DNA of 64,000 nucleotides from contig CAWGJI010000021.1 in assembly GCA_963822895.1 (NCBI GenBank), positions 70,308 to 134,307 on the forward strand. The letters run 5' to 3'. The notes under the pieces are model-generated. The model was not told the origin of the DNA. It worked only from the letters and a program-made list of their open reading frames with translations, and ran no database searches. This DNA comes from an uncultured Acidobacteriota bacterium. GTDB lineage: Bacteria; Actinomycetota; Acidimicrobiia; Spongiisociales; ZC4RG35. Shown here piece by piece: positions 28,130 to 37,057 of this stretch; the stretch's first letter is position 1; each line of letters starts with the position of its first letter. A program made the position numbers and the translations under genes.

Positions 28130-29583
28130 ACGGGCCCGTGCGTCGTCTCTCCATCGGCGTGTTCGTGGGCTTTTTCGCCCTGCTCATGGCGGTGAGCTGG
28201 ATCCAGGTCGTCCACGCCGATGCCCTGAAGGCCGATCCCCGAAACTCACGGCCGGCCCTCGCCGACCGGGGAAAGGAGCGGGGCCTCATCGTGACCGCCG
28301 ACGGGACCGTGGTGGCACGTTCGGTGGAAGATCCCGACGACCCGCGATCTTTCATCCGGGAATACCCGGAGGGAGAGGCTTTTGCCCACGTCGTCGGGTA
28401 CAACTCGTTCCTCGTCGGCTCCTCAGGTCTCGAACAGGCATATTCCAGCGAGTTGCGCTCGAAGCGCGACCTCACCATCAGCGATCTGGTCTCGGTGATC
28501 CTCGGTCGCGATCTGCGGCCACAGAGTCTCGAGATGACCGTCTACGCCCCCCTGCAAAGAGCGGCATACGAGGCGCTGGGTGGTCAGAAAGGGGCGGTGG
28601 TGGCCATCGATCCCAAGACCGGGGCCATCCTCGCCGCCGTCTCCTCCCCCTCGTTCGACCCCGAGTCGCTGTTGGGGCCGGATGCGGCCACCGTCTGGGA
28701 AAACCTCCTGGCCGACCCCGACAGACCGCTCAACGACAGGGCGACCAAGGAGATCTACCCGCCTGGATCCACGTTCAAGACGGTGGTCGCGGCAACGGCG
28801 CTCGACACCGGCGAAGCCGAGCCGGCCACCACCTTCCCCGACCCCGTCGCGTTCGACCTGCCCGGTTCGACGGCAACGATCTCGAATGCCAGCGGCCGCT
28901 CCTGCAACGACGGGCAGTCGATAACCCTCCTCAAGGCGTTCGTCGTCTCCTGCAACACGGTGTTCGCCGACCTCTCCATCCGGCTCGGGGCGCAGGACAT
29001 CGGGATCACAGCCGACGCCCTGGGCTTCAACACCGACCTCGACTTCCCCTGGAAGGTCCCCCAGGCGATATACCCCGTCGATGAGCTGGTCGACGACCCT
29101 GCCGCCCTGGCCCAGAGCGGCATCGGGGAACGCGATGTGAGGGCGGCGCCGTTACATATGGCGATGGTGGCGGCGGCGGTGGCCAATCATGGCGTTACCC
29201 CCCTCCCCTACCTGGTCAACCGTCTCTTCGACGCCAATGGGAACACCGTGGAAAACTTCTCGTCCAATCCCTTGGGAAGAGCCATGGACCCGGCAACTGC
29301 CGACGTCTTGGCGCAGATGATGGAACGCGTCGTGACCGAGGGGACCGGTCGGGCGGCAGCCGTCCCGGGGGTCAGGGTGGCCGGAAAGACCGGGACGTCA
29401 TCAGGCCCGAACGGGCTCCCCAACCCCTGGTTCATCGGATTCGCTCCGGTGGAAGACCCCTCGATTGCCCTGGCGGTGCTTATCGAGGAAGGTGGGGACC
29501 TGGGCGAATCGGCCTCAGGTGGGTCGGTCGCCGCGCCGATAGCGGCACAGCTCATCGAGGTCTGGTTGCAGAGAACCCCGTGA
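28126..29583 (+). CDS. pbpA: penicillin-binding protein 2 (transpeptidase), PbpA-like
   Basis: SXXK (GSTFKTV), SXN (SCN) and KTG (AGKTGTS) motifs. 485 aa. Confidence 0.85.
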   Translation: MNGPVRRLSIGVFVGFFALLMAVSWIQVVHADALKADPRNSRPALADRGKERGLIVTADGTVVARSVEDPDDPRSFIREYPEGEAFAHVVGYNSFLVGSSGLEQAYSSELRSKRDLTISDLVSVILGRDLRPQSLEMTVYAPLQRAAYEALGGQKGAVVAIDPKTGAILAAVSSPSFDPESLLGPDAATVWENLLADPDRPLNDRATKEIYPPGSTFKTVVAATALDTGEAEPATTFPDPVAFDLPGSTATISNASGRSCNDGQSITLLKAFVVSCNTVFADLSIRLGAQDIGITADALGFNTDLDFPWKVPQAIYPVDELVDDPAALAQSGIGERDVRAAPLHMAMVAAAVANHGVTPLPYLVNRLFDANGNTVENFSSNPLGRAMDPATADVLAQMMERVVTEGTGRAAAVPGVRVAGKTGTSSGPNGLPNPWFIGFAPVEDPSIALAVLIEEGGDLGESASGGSVAAPIAAQLIEVWLQRTP

Positions 29584-29620
29584 GTTGCATCGAGACCATT
29601 CCTACAATCCGTCGACTCCC

Positions 29621-31573
29621 ATGGAACCCCAGACCACACTGACAGATCGCTATCAGATCACGTCCCATCTCGCCCGCGGCGGGATGGCCGATGTGTATGA
29701 GGGTGTGGACACCCTGCTCAACCGGCGGGTGGCGATAAAGGTCCTCCACTCGCAGTACTCGGCCGACGAGGCCTTCGTCAAGCGGTTCCGTCGTGAGGCC
29801 CAGGCCGCTGCCAACCTGAGTCATCCCAACATCGTCGGCATCTATGACTGGGGTCAGGCCCAGAACACCTATTTCATCGTCATGGAGCTGGTCGACGGGC
29901 GCTCGTTGCGCGACGTGCTGAAGTCCGAGGGCGCACTTCTCCCCCGGAGAGCCACCGAGATCGCCTCCGAGGTTGCCGCCGCCCTCTCCGTCGCCCACCA
30001 GGCCGGTCTGGTCCACCGCGACGTCAAGCCCGGAAACATCCTGCTGGCCAAGGACGGCACGGTGAAGGTGACCGACTTCGGCATCGCCCGGGCGTGGGAT
30101 GACAGCCAGGAGCTGACCCGGACCGGAGCGGTGATCGGGACCGCCACCTATTTCAGCCCCGAACAGGCGCAGGGGGCTTCCGCCGACGAGCGAAGCGACG
30201 TCTATTCGCTCGGCGTCGTCCTCTACGAGATGCTGACCGGACGACCGCCCTACACCGGTGACAGCCCGATGTCGGTTGCCTTCCAGCACGTATCCACCGA
30301 TGCCCCCAGCCCCTCCTCGCTGAACCCCGACGTCTCAGAGTCTCTCGATGCCGTGGTCACCAAAGCCATGCGCAAGGACCCGGCGGCCCGTTATCAGACG
30401 GCCTCCGAGATGAGATCCGACCTGCTCACCGTGCTCAAGGGTGAGCCGGTGGGGATGCCGGTCCCGGTGCCGGTGGGCGCCCCGACCAACGGTGAGAGCT
30501 CGACCCGGCTGATGACCACACCGGTGCCACCGGCGACGGTGCCGCCCGACGAGGTCTATCGCGAGCTGGAGGAAGAGCCGAGATCGCAGCTTCCCTTCAT
30601 CCTCACCGCGTTCGGGCTGCTCATCGCCCTCGCCATCCTCCTCTTCTTCCTATTCCGACTGGCGGGCGGTAACGGCGATTCAGAGTTGATCGAGATCCCC
30701 AATGTCACCGGGTTGACTCAGGACGCCGCCCTGGCCCGTCTCCAGGCAGACGGCTTCGAGGTGACCGTCTTCCTCGAGTCCTCCGACACCGAGGAGGTGG
30801 GGAACGTCACACGGACCAACCCGCCGTTCGGGACCCAGGCGGCGGCCGGCACCGTGATCCAGGTCTACGTGTCCACCGGGGCCGAGGAGTTCCCAGTGCC
30901 CCCTCTGATCGGCCAGACCCTGGAGAACGCCCGGCGTCTCCTCGAGGAGTCGAACCTGACCGTGGGCACGGTCGACGAGCGGGCGGATGCAACTTTCGCC
31001 GAGGGCGTCGTCATCGAGCAGAACCCGGGCGCCGGGGTTCGCATCGGCTCCCAGGCGCCGGTCAACCTGGTGGTCTCGACCGGCCCGGAGGTGCACGACC
31101 TACCCAACCTCGCCGAGCAGACTGAACGTGATGCGACCGCGGCCCTCACCGATCTGGGTCTGAAGGTCACCGTGAACGAGGAGTATTCGAGCACGGTCGA
31201 CACGGGTCTGGTCATCCGAACCGATCCAGAGCCGGGAACGGAGGTCAAGTCGGGTGACACCGTCCTCCTGGTCGTTTCACGTGGCCCGGAGCCTGTCGAG
31301 GTGCCACCGCTGACCGGTCTGACCACCGATCAGGCGGATGCCATCCTCAAGGATCTTGGTCTGGTGATGAGGGTCTCCGCCACGACCCAGCCGGTGGCCG
31401 ATCCCGGTCAGGACGGAATCATCGTGTCGCAGAACCCGCAGGTGGGGGCGACACTGGTTCCAGGGGACATCGTCACGGTGACGGTCGGCAAGTTCGAGGC
31501 GCCCCCGACGACCACGACTTCGACGACCACGACCACGGTCCCGGCATCGTCTACCACGACGACCACTCCGTAG
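29621..31573 (+). CDS. pknB: Ser/Thr protein kinase with four C-terminal PASTA domains (PknB-like)
   Basis: Kinase subdomains (VAIKVL, HRDVKPGNILL, DFGIA). One TM helix. 4 PASTA repeats. Thr-rich C-terminal tail. ORF-track TTG start at 29585 is the alternative. Confidence 0.85.
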   Translation: MEPQTTLTDRYQITSHLARGGMADVYEGVDTLLNRRVAIKVLHSQYSADEAFVKRFRREAQAAANLSHPNIVGIYDWGQAQNTYFIVMELVDGRSLRDVLKSEGALLPRRATEIASEVAAALSVAHQAGLVHRDVKPGNILLAKDGTVKVTDFGIARAWDDSQELTRTGAVIGTATYFSPEQAQGASADERSDVYSLGVVLYEMLTGRPPYTGDSPMSVAFQHVSTDAPSPSSLNPDVSESLDAVVTKAMRKDPAARYQTASEMRSDLLTVLKGEPVGMPVPVPVGAPTNGESSTRLMTTPVPPATVPPDEVYRELEEEPRSQLPFILTAFGLLIALAILLFFLFRLAGGNGDSELIEIPNVTGLTQDAALARLQADGFEVTVFLESSDTEEVGNVTRTNPPFGTQAAAGTVIQVYVSTGAEEFPVPPLIGQTLENARRLLEESNLTVGTVDERADATFAEGVVIEQNPGAGVRIGSQAPVNLVVSTGPEVHDLPNLAEQTERDATAALTDLGLKVTVNEEYSSTVDTGLVIRTDPEPGTEVKSGDTVLLVVSRGPEPVEVPPLTGLTTDQADAILKDLGLVMRVSATTQPVADPGQDGIIVSQNPQVGATLVPGDIVTVTVGKFEAPPTTTTSTTTTTVPASSTTTTTP

Positions 31574-31584
31574 GAGCCGACGCC

Positions 31585-31887
31585 CTATCGGTAGTTGGTG
31601 GTCATCAGGAACCCGGCGGCAATCGCCACCAGCCCCCCGACCAAGACCAGTTGATCCAGCTGGAAGACGAATCTGACCAGGACCATGATCACCCCGATCA
31701 CCATCAGCCCTGCCATCACCACCACATACCAGGTGGGGCTGGGCTCCTTGGATCGGGCTTCGGCGGCCGTGGATGCGGCAGACACCGGTGCGCTCTTCGG
31801 CTTGCGACGTTTCGACTCTGGCACGTCGGCGAGCGTAGTCGATCGATCGTTACCTGAGAACCGAGTTACACCGATGTAGTTCTCCAC
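31585..31887 (-). CDS. crgA: cell division protein CrgA-like small membrane protein
   Basis: About 100 aa, basic N-terminus (KRRKPK), two TM helices. Sits beside the pknB cluster as in other Actinomycetota. Confidence 0.65.
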   Translation of the reverse strand: MENYIGVTRFSGNDRSTTLADVPESKRRKPKSAPVSAASTAAEARSKEPSPTWYVVVMAGLMVIGVIMVLVRFVFQLDQLVLVGGLVAIAAGFLMTTNYR

Positions 31888-32041
31888 ATCCTGTGGACAA
31901 ATACCTGGATAACTACAGACGTGTCATTTGTTGAGAGCATATGGGGGAGAATCCCTATGAGAACCGCGCTCCTCACCCCCATCGCACCGATATCCTGAGT
32001 CACAACGCCGGCTTTCCGACCAACGGCGGCAAGGAACTTCC

Positions 32042-32356
32042 ATGACCACCGACGTCATAGTCAAGCGACCTCGAGTGCCGCTCACCCGTCTCGACAAGAC
32101 CCTGTTGGGCCTTCACATAGTCGGAGCGCTCATCGTCGGGATATTCGGCTTCTTCGGCGCAAACGACCCCGAGTTCGCGGACCTGCAACGCATAGTCATA
32201 GCCATGCTGATCGGGCTCTGGGGTGTCGGCATCGTGGTCATGGCCCTGATCGTCCGACTGGTGCCGAGTCAGTTGGGCCGCGTGGCGATACTGCTCGGCG
32301 GCCCCTTCATCTTCATCCTCATCTTCTTCGGCAGATCCATGCTCGGCTGGGGATAG
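32042..32356 (+). CDS. small membrane protein (3 TM), hypothetical
   Basis: GGCAAGGAAC RBS. 104 aa hydrophobic. Confidence 0.5.
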   Translation: MTTDVIVKRPRVPLTRLDKTLLGLHIVGALIVGIFGFFGANDPEFADLQRIVIAMLIGLWGVGIVVMALIVRLVPSQLGRVAILLGGPFIFILIFFGRSMLGWG

Positions 32357-32393
32357 ACGCCCATCAGACGGCCGTCTCAACGCTGTCTCTAGA

Positions 32394-32771
32394 GTGGACC
32401 TGCCGACCATCGAGGAGGGCTCCGTGGCCGACGGTCTCTATGAGTTCCGTGACTATCACTTTCGCCGTGACCTCTGGGACGAGTACAAACGGTGGTGGGA
32501 GGCGGCGTTGCCGTATTTCAGTGACCGATTCGATGTTCTCGGGCTCTGGTTCGACAGCGGTATACCCGCCCGGATCGGAGGGGCGGACCCGATGGACCAG
32601 CCCCACGGGTCGGCCAACGTGACCTGGATCCTCCGTTGGGACGACATCGAGACTCGCGACGCCTTGTGGTCGGCCATGTGGGACGACCCCGAGTGGCTCG
32701 ACCTGTGGTCCCGTCATCCCGACGAAGACGGCTACCACCAGATGTCGGTCCGCTTCATGGACCGCGCCTGA
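32394..32771 (+). CDS. hypothetical protein (possibly NIPSNAP/dimeric alpha-beta barrel-like)
   Basis: 125 aa, Trp/Asp-rich. Coding-like codon usage. Family assignment is tentative. Confidence 0.45.
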   Translation: MDLPTIEEGSVADGLYEFRDYHFRRDLWDEYKRWWEAALPYFSDRFDVLGLWFDSGIPARIGGADPMDQPHGSANVTWILRWDDIETRDALWSAMWDDPEWLDLWSRHPDEDGYHQMSVRFMDRA

Positions 32772-32847
32772 CCTTTCTGTGATGCGATCCGCCCAACAGG
32801 GCCGTTGGTCCCTATGTGGGGGTACCGCAAAGAGATAGCCTCGGAGT

Positions 32848-33321
32848 ATGAGCCGTCCATCGGGATTTCTCAGGGCCGCTTTCAACTCCCCAAGGTGGTT
32901 CTATCGGCACGGGTTCGGATGGATGTTGGGCCGACGGGCCATGGCTCTCACCCACCGAGGGCGGAAGAGTGGGAAGCTCCACGAGACCATCCTCGAAGTG
33001 GTGTACTTCGACAAGGAAACCCAGGAGAGCCTGGTCGGGTCGGCATATGGGACCAACGCCGACTGGTATCGGAACATCCAGGTAGAGCCCGCTCTGAGGG
33101 TCAGAACAGGTCGACACGATTATGTCCCCGAGCAGCGCTTTCTCACCCCGGAAGAGGGGCTCGAAGTGGCACGGCGCTTCTGCGACGAGCACCCGTTGGA
33201 GGCGAGACTCGTCAACAAGGTCCTACCGGCGATCGGCTCCATCGTCCCAAAGGACATCGACGCAGACCCTGCCGACCTGCTGGCAATGCTGCCCATGGTC
33301 GGGTTCCGACCCAAGAGATGA
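32848..33321 (+). CDS. deazaflavin (F420)-dependent nitroreductase family protein (DDN/PF04075-like)
   Basis: WFYRHGFGWMLGRRAMALTHRGRKSGKLHETILEVVYFD...GTNADWYRNIQVEPALRV matches this family's N-terminal pattern. Confidence 0.7.
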   Translation: MSRPSGFLRAAFNSPRWFYRHGFGWMLGRRAMALTHRGRKSGKLHETILEVVYFDKETQESLVGSAYGTNADWYRNIQVEPALRVRTGRHDYVPEQRFLTPEEGLEVARRFCDEHPLEARLVNKVLPAIGSIVPKDIDADPADLLAMLPMVGFRPKR

Positions 33322-33338
33322 CTGGCGCTTGACGTCAT

Positions 33339-33382
33339 TGTGTGAACCAAAACCGGTCAGGCTGACCAATTTCCGTTCACAG
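33339..33382. repeat. palindromic repeat element copy D (TGTGAACC...CCGTTCACAG with nested GGTCAGgCTGACC hairpin)
   Basis: Lies between convergent genes 32848-33321(+) and 33385-33639(-). Confidence 0.55.
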
Positions 33383-33384
33383 AA

Positions 33385-33639
33385 CTACGGCCGCCAGACC
33401 GGGACCATATCCTCCCTGCAATGCCGCGGGGCGGCCTCGTCCCGGACGTTGATGGCGCGCATCGTGAGCTCGGCGCCACAAACCGTGCACTTGTAGTCCT
33501 GGTCGACGGCCACCACATCATCGGGATCGATCTCGGGCGGCGGGGTCGAGAGCATGCGGATCATGAACAACGACCCCCGCCAGATCCCGTAGCCGAGAGC
33601 CACGGCCAGGATCACGTCGATGACGGTGTTGCCGGTCAT
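33385..33639 (-). CDS. hypothetical small protein (N-terminal TM + CxxC...HC zinc-ribbon-like)
   Basis: 84 aa. CTVCGAEL...PRHC. Confidence 0.4.
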   Translation of the reverse strand: MTGNTVIDVILAVALGYGIWRGSLFMIRMLSTPPPEIDPDDVVAVDQDYKCTVCGAELTMRAINVRDEAAPRHCREDMVPVWRP

Positions 33640-33678
33640 CGCTCAGAAAGAACAGGTCGGTGTCGCGACCGCCACCAC

Positions 33679-34857
33679 CTAGATGCGCTCGATGATGAGC
33701 GCGTTGGCCATTCCTCCACCCTCACACATGGTCTGGAGGCCATATCGACCACCGGTCCGCTCCAGCTCCCATACGAGAGTGGTCAGGAGCCGGGCGCCGG
33801 AAGCCCCGAGCGGATGGCCGAGGGCGATGGCACCGCCGTTGACATTGGTCCGCTCCCAGAGTGCCATCGGGTCGGTCCCACCCAGTTCCATCCGCCAGGC
33901 CACCGGCACCGAGGCAAACGCCTCGTTCACCTCGAATAGGTCGATCTCGTCCATGGCCAGACCGGCTCGGGCCAGAACCTTCTCCGTGGCGGGAATCGGG
34001 CCAGTCAGCATCATCACCGGGTCGACACCGGCCATGGCAAAAGCAACGAAGCGAGCCTTTGGGGTCAACCCCAGCTCGGCAGCCTTCTCCTCGGACATGA
34101 TGAGCAGTGCGGCGGCACCGTCGGAGATCTGAGACGAGTTGCCGGCAGTGACCACACCGTCCGCCTTGAAGGCCGGCTGGAGACCGGCCAGCTTCTCCAT
34201 CGACGTGTCCCAGCGAATCCCCTCGTCCTTGGTCACGGTGACCAGCGAGCCGTCGTCGCCCGTCACGCCCACCGGGATGATCTGACCTTCGAAACGGCCC
34301 TCCTCGGTGGCACGGGCCGCCCGTCGATGGGACTCGAGGGCGAGGGTATCCAGCTCCTCACGACTGATTCCCCACTTCTCGGCGATCATCTCCGCCGAGA
34401 TCCCCTGCGGGACCAGGCCCTGGGAGTACCGCTCCAGCATCCTGGCGCCAAAGGGGAGCCCCGGGCCTTGCTGGGCAGTGATCCCCATCGGGACCCTGGT
34501 CATGTTCTCGACACCGGCGGCGAGGACGATGTCCTGGGCCCCGGCCATGATCGCCTGGGCGGCGAAGTGCGCCGACTGCTGGGACGATCCACATTGGCGG
34601 TCGATCGTGACGCCCGGGACCTCCTCGGGGAACCCGGCGGCGAGGGCGGCATTGCGACCGACGTTGTAGGCCTGCTCCCCGGTCTGGGAGACCGTGCCCA
34701 TGATCACGTCGTCGATCGTGGAGGGGTCGAGCTGGTTGCGCTCGACAAGGGCCTGGAGGGGAATCGAGGCCAGATCGACGGGGTGAAAGTCCTTGAATGC
34801 CCCATTGCGCCGTCCAACCGGGGTCCGGACCGCATCGACGATCACCGCATTGGCCAT
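33679..34857 (-). CDS. acetyl-CoA C-acyltransferase (thiolase)
   Basis: GAGGAG RBS. Active-site Cys region (IDRQCGSSQQS) and C-terminal GGGMANALIIERI. 392 aa. Confidence 0.9.
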   Translation of the reverse strand: MANAVIVDAVRTPVGRRNGAFKDFHPVDLASIPLQALVERNQLDPSTIDDVIMGTVSQTGEQAYNVGRNAALAAGFPEEVPGVTIDRQCGSSQQSAHFAAQAIMAGAQDIVLAAGVENMTRVPMGITAQQGPGLPFGARMLERYSQGLVPQGISAEMIAEKWGISREELDTLALESHRRAARATEEGRFEGQIIPVGVTGDDGSLVTVTKDEGIRWDTSMEKLAGLQPAFKADGVVTAGNSSQISDGAAALLIMSEEKAAELGLTPKARFVAFAMAGVDPVMMLTGPIPATEKVLARAGLAMDEIDLFEVNEAFASVPVAWRMELGGTDPMALWERTNVNGGAIALGHPLGASGARLLTTLVWELERTGGRYGLQTMCEGGGMANALIIERI

Positions 34858-34925
34858 TTCAACTCCTCTTGTCTGCCTTAGAGTTCAACCACCGAGTCGA
34901 CGGATTCAATCCGCCTCGGTGAGGG

Positions 34926-34998
34926 TGGAGACGATGGGACTCGAACCCACGACCCCCGGCTTGCAAAGCCGGTGCTCTTCCAGCTGAGCTACGTCCCC
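34926..34998 (-). tRNA. tRNA-Ala (anticodon TGC)
   Basis: Reverse complement: GGGGACGTAGCTCAGCTGGAAGAGCACCGGCTTTGCAAGCCGGGGGTCGTGGGTTCGAGTCCCATCGTCTCCA. Has the G3:U70 pair. Confidence 0.9.
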
Positions 34999-35046
34999 GT
35001 TTGCAGACCCAATTGTACGGTTTCCTCCCTGCTCGGCCAGCGGGGC

Positions 35047-35198
35047 TTCTGTGAACGCAAGTGAACGGTTTCCGCGGGTTTCCGTTCACGGAAGAACCTC
35101 ACACGCCCGGACCGGCAGCCACCCACCTCTTCTGTAAACGCAAGTGAACCGTTCCCGCGGGTTTCGGTTCACAGAAGAACCTCATCCGCCCGGACCGC
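35047..35198. repeat. tandem pair (83-bp period) of an extended variant of the palindromic element (copies E and F): TTCTGTGAACGCAAGTGAACGGTTTCCGCGGGTTTCCGTTCACGGAAGAACCTCAC..CGCCCGGACCG
   Basis: Two ~70-bp units, at 35047-35118 and 35130-35198, about 90% identical. They sit in the divergent region between tRNA-Ala and the SDR-queA operon. Confidence 0.6.
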
Positions 35199-35273
35199 TC
35201 TCAGCAACTTGACTTGAAGTTAACTTGAAGTTGTAGCTTGGGGGGATGTTCAAGCGAGACTTAGCTGATCGAG

Positions 35274-35978
35274 GTGGTTCGTGTGGGTGAAGTGGCAGTG
35301 ATCACGGGGGCTTCCCGGGGTTTCGGGCTCGCCGTGGCCCGCTCCCTCGCCAGGGACGGCTGGTCGCTGGTGATCGACGCCCGTGGAGCCGACGCCCTCG
35401 ATGAAGCGGCCGCCGAATTGGCGGAGCACACGACCGTCCGCGCCATCGCCGGCGACATCGCCGACGACGATCACAGACGCGCCCTGATGGATGCCGCCGC
35501 CGAAGTTGGCGGTGTCGACCTGCTGGTCAACAACGCCTCACTGCTCGGGCCCAGCCCACAGCCAAATCTCGGCCACTACCCGCTCGCCGACTTGACCCGG
35601 GTCTACCAGGCGAACGTCTTGGGGCCACTCGGTCTGATCCAACTGGCGCTCCCTTCGCTGAGAGACCACCACGGGACCATCGTCAACATCACGTCCGACG
35701 CCGCCGTCGAGGGATACGAGGGCTGGGGCGGATACGGGTCCTCGAAGGCCGCTCTGGAGCAGATTTCGAACGTCCTGGCCGAGGAGGAGCCGGACGTGAC
35801 CGTGATCTGGTTCGACCCGGGTGACATGAACACGGTGATGCATCAGCAGGCGTTTCCCGGAGAAGACATCACCGACCGGCCCCCGCCGGAGGAGAGCGTC
35901 CCCCCCTTGCTCGAGATCCTGAGACAGAAGCGCCCCTCGGGCAGGTATCAAGCCAGTGCGCTGAAGGTTGGATCGTGA
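35274..35978 (+). CDS. SDR family oxidoreductase
   Basis: GTG start. VAVITGASRGFGLAVAR (TGxxxGxG). YxxxK region present. 234 aa. Confidence 0.8.
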   Translation: MVRVGEVAVITGASRGFGLAVARSLARDGWSLVIDARGADALDEAAAELAEHTTVRAIAGDIADDDHRRALMDAAAEVGGVDLLVNNASLLGPSPQPNLGHYPLADLTRVYQANVLGPLGLIQLALPSLRDHHGTIVNITSDAAVEGYEGWGGYGSSKAALEQISNVLAEEEPDVTVIWFDPGDMNTVMHQQAFPGEDITDRPPPEESVPPLLEILRQKRPSGRYQASALKVGS

Positions 35979-37018
35979 CCCTGCTCAGCAGGCCGATCGA
36001 CTTCACGATGCCGACGGCGAACGTGGCCCAAAGCCCGCCGGAGAGCCGCGGCCTGGCACGCGATGGGGTGAGATTGATGGTGGCCCACCGGGGCACGGGT
36101 GAGACGAGTGACGGAACATTCACCGACCTCGTCGACCTCCTACGTCCCGGCGATGCGCTCGTGGTCAACAACTCGAAGACGATCCCGGCCTCCGTAGATG
36201 CGGTGAGCGAGGACGACGAGCCGTTGCGGGTGCATTTCGCCTCACCGCTGGCAGAGGGGCTGTGGTCGCTCGAAGTCCGGTCGCCGACAGCAAACGGCGG
36301 GACCGTTCCGGGGCCCGACCTGGCTGCACAGACCCTCGCCCTCGAAGGGGGTGGCAAGGCGCATCTACTGGCGAGAAGCCCCCGATCCCCACGGCTGTGG
36401 ATCGCTGCTGTGGAGCCGGCCGACGACATCGATCGCTATCTGGATCGCTTCGGCCGGCCGATTCGCTACCTGGATGGGCCGGACTGGCCCCTCGCCGACT
36501 ATCAGACGGTTTTCGCCACCGAGCCCGGCTCGTCGGAGATGCCCAGCGCAGGTCGGCCCTTCACGACCGAGTTGGTCACCCGCCTCGTGGCGAGTGGCGT
36601 GCTCGTCCTCCCCATAACCCTCCACACAGGCGTCTCGTCTTTCGAGGACGACGAGTCCCCGGGAGAGGAGCCCTACCGGGTCACCGAAACCACCGCCATG
36701 ACGCTGAACCGTCTGCGAGAGGCCGGGGGCAGGGTGATAGCCGTGGGCACGAGTGTGGCGAGGGCGCTGGAAACCGTGGGCGACGGGGAAGGGGCCATCC
36801 ACCCCGGAGAAGGGCTCACCGACCTCGTGATCACACCCGAACGGGGTGTGAGGGTGATCGATGGCCTCCTCACGGGTTGGCACGAGCCCCGCTCCACACA
36901 TCTGCGTCTGCTCGAGGCCGTCACCGGGCGGGGAATGCTCCAAAGGCTCTACGACCAGGCATTGGACTCCGCCTACCTGTGGCACGAGTTCGGCGACGAG
37001 CTTCTGATCCTCCGCTGA
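35975..37018 (+). CDS. queA: S-adenosylmethionine:tRNA ribosyltransferase-isomerase
   Basis: GTG start in GTGA overlap with the SDR stop. Motifs LVVNNSKTIPA, AGRPFTTEL, AVGTSVARALE, TGWHEPRSTHLRLL and YLWHEFGDELLIL match the QueA family. 347 aa. Confidence 0.75.
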   Translation: MTLLSRPIDFTMPTANVAQSPPESRGLARDGVRLMVAHRGTGETSDGTFTDLVDLLRPGDALVVNNSKTIPASVDAVSEDDEPLRVHFASPLAEGLWSLEVRSPTANGGTVPGPDLAAQTLALEGGGKAHLLARSPRSPRLWIAAVEPADDIDRYLDRFGRPIRYLDGPDWPLADYQTVFATEPGSSEMPSAGRPFTTELVTRLVASGVLVLPITLHTGVSSFEDDESPGEEPYRVTETTAMTLNRLREAGGRVIAVGTSVARALETVGDGEGAIHPGEGLTDLVITPERGVRVIDGLLTGWHEPRSTHLRLLEAVTGRGMLQRLYDQALDSAYLWHEFGDELLILR

Positions 37019-37057
37019 AAGGCCGGCCACAACCATCCCTCCAGTGCCCGTGCGGGA

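Noticed and set aside
29585-29620. TTG start for pknB giving a 12-aa N-terminal extension (MHRDHSYNPSTP)
   Set aside because: The ATG at 29621 gives an N-terminus (MEPQTTLTDRYQI) that aligns with the start of characterised PknB kinases. The extension has no support.
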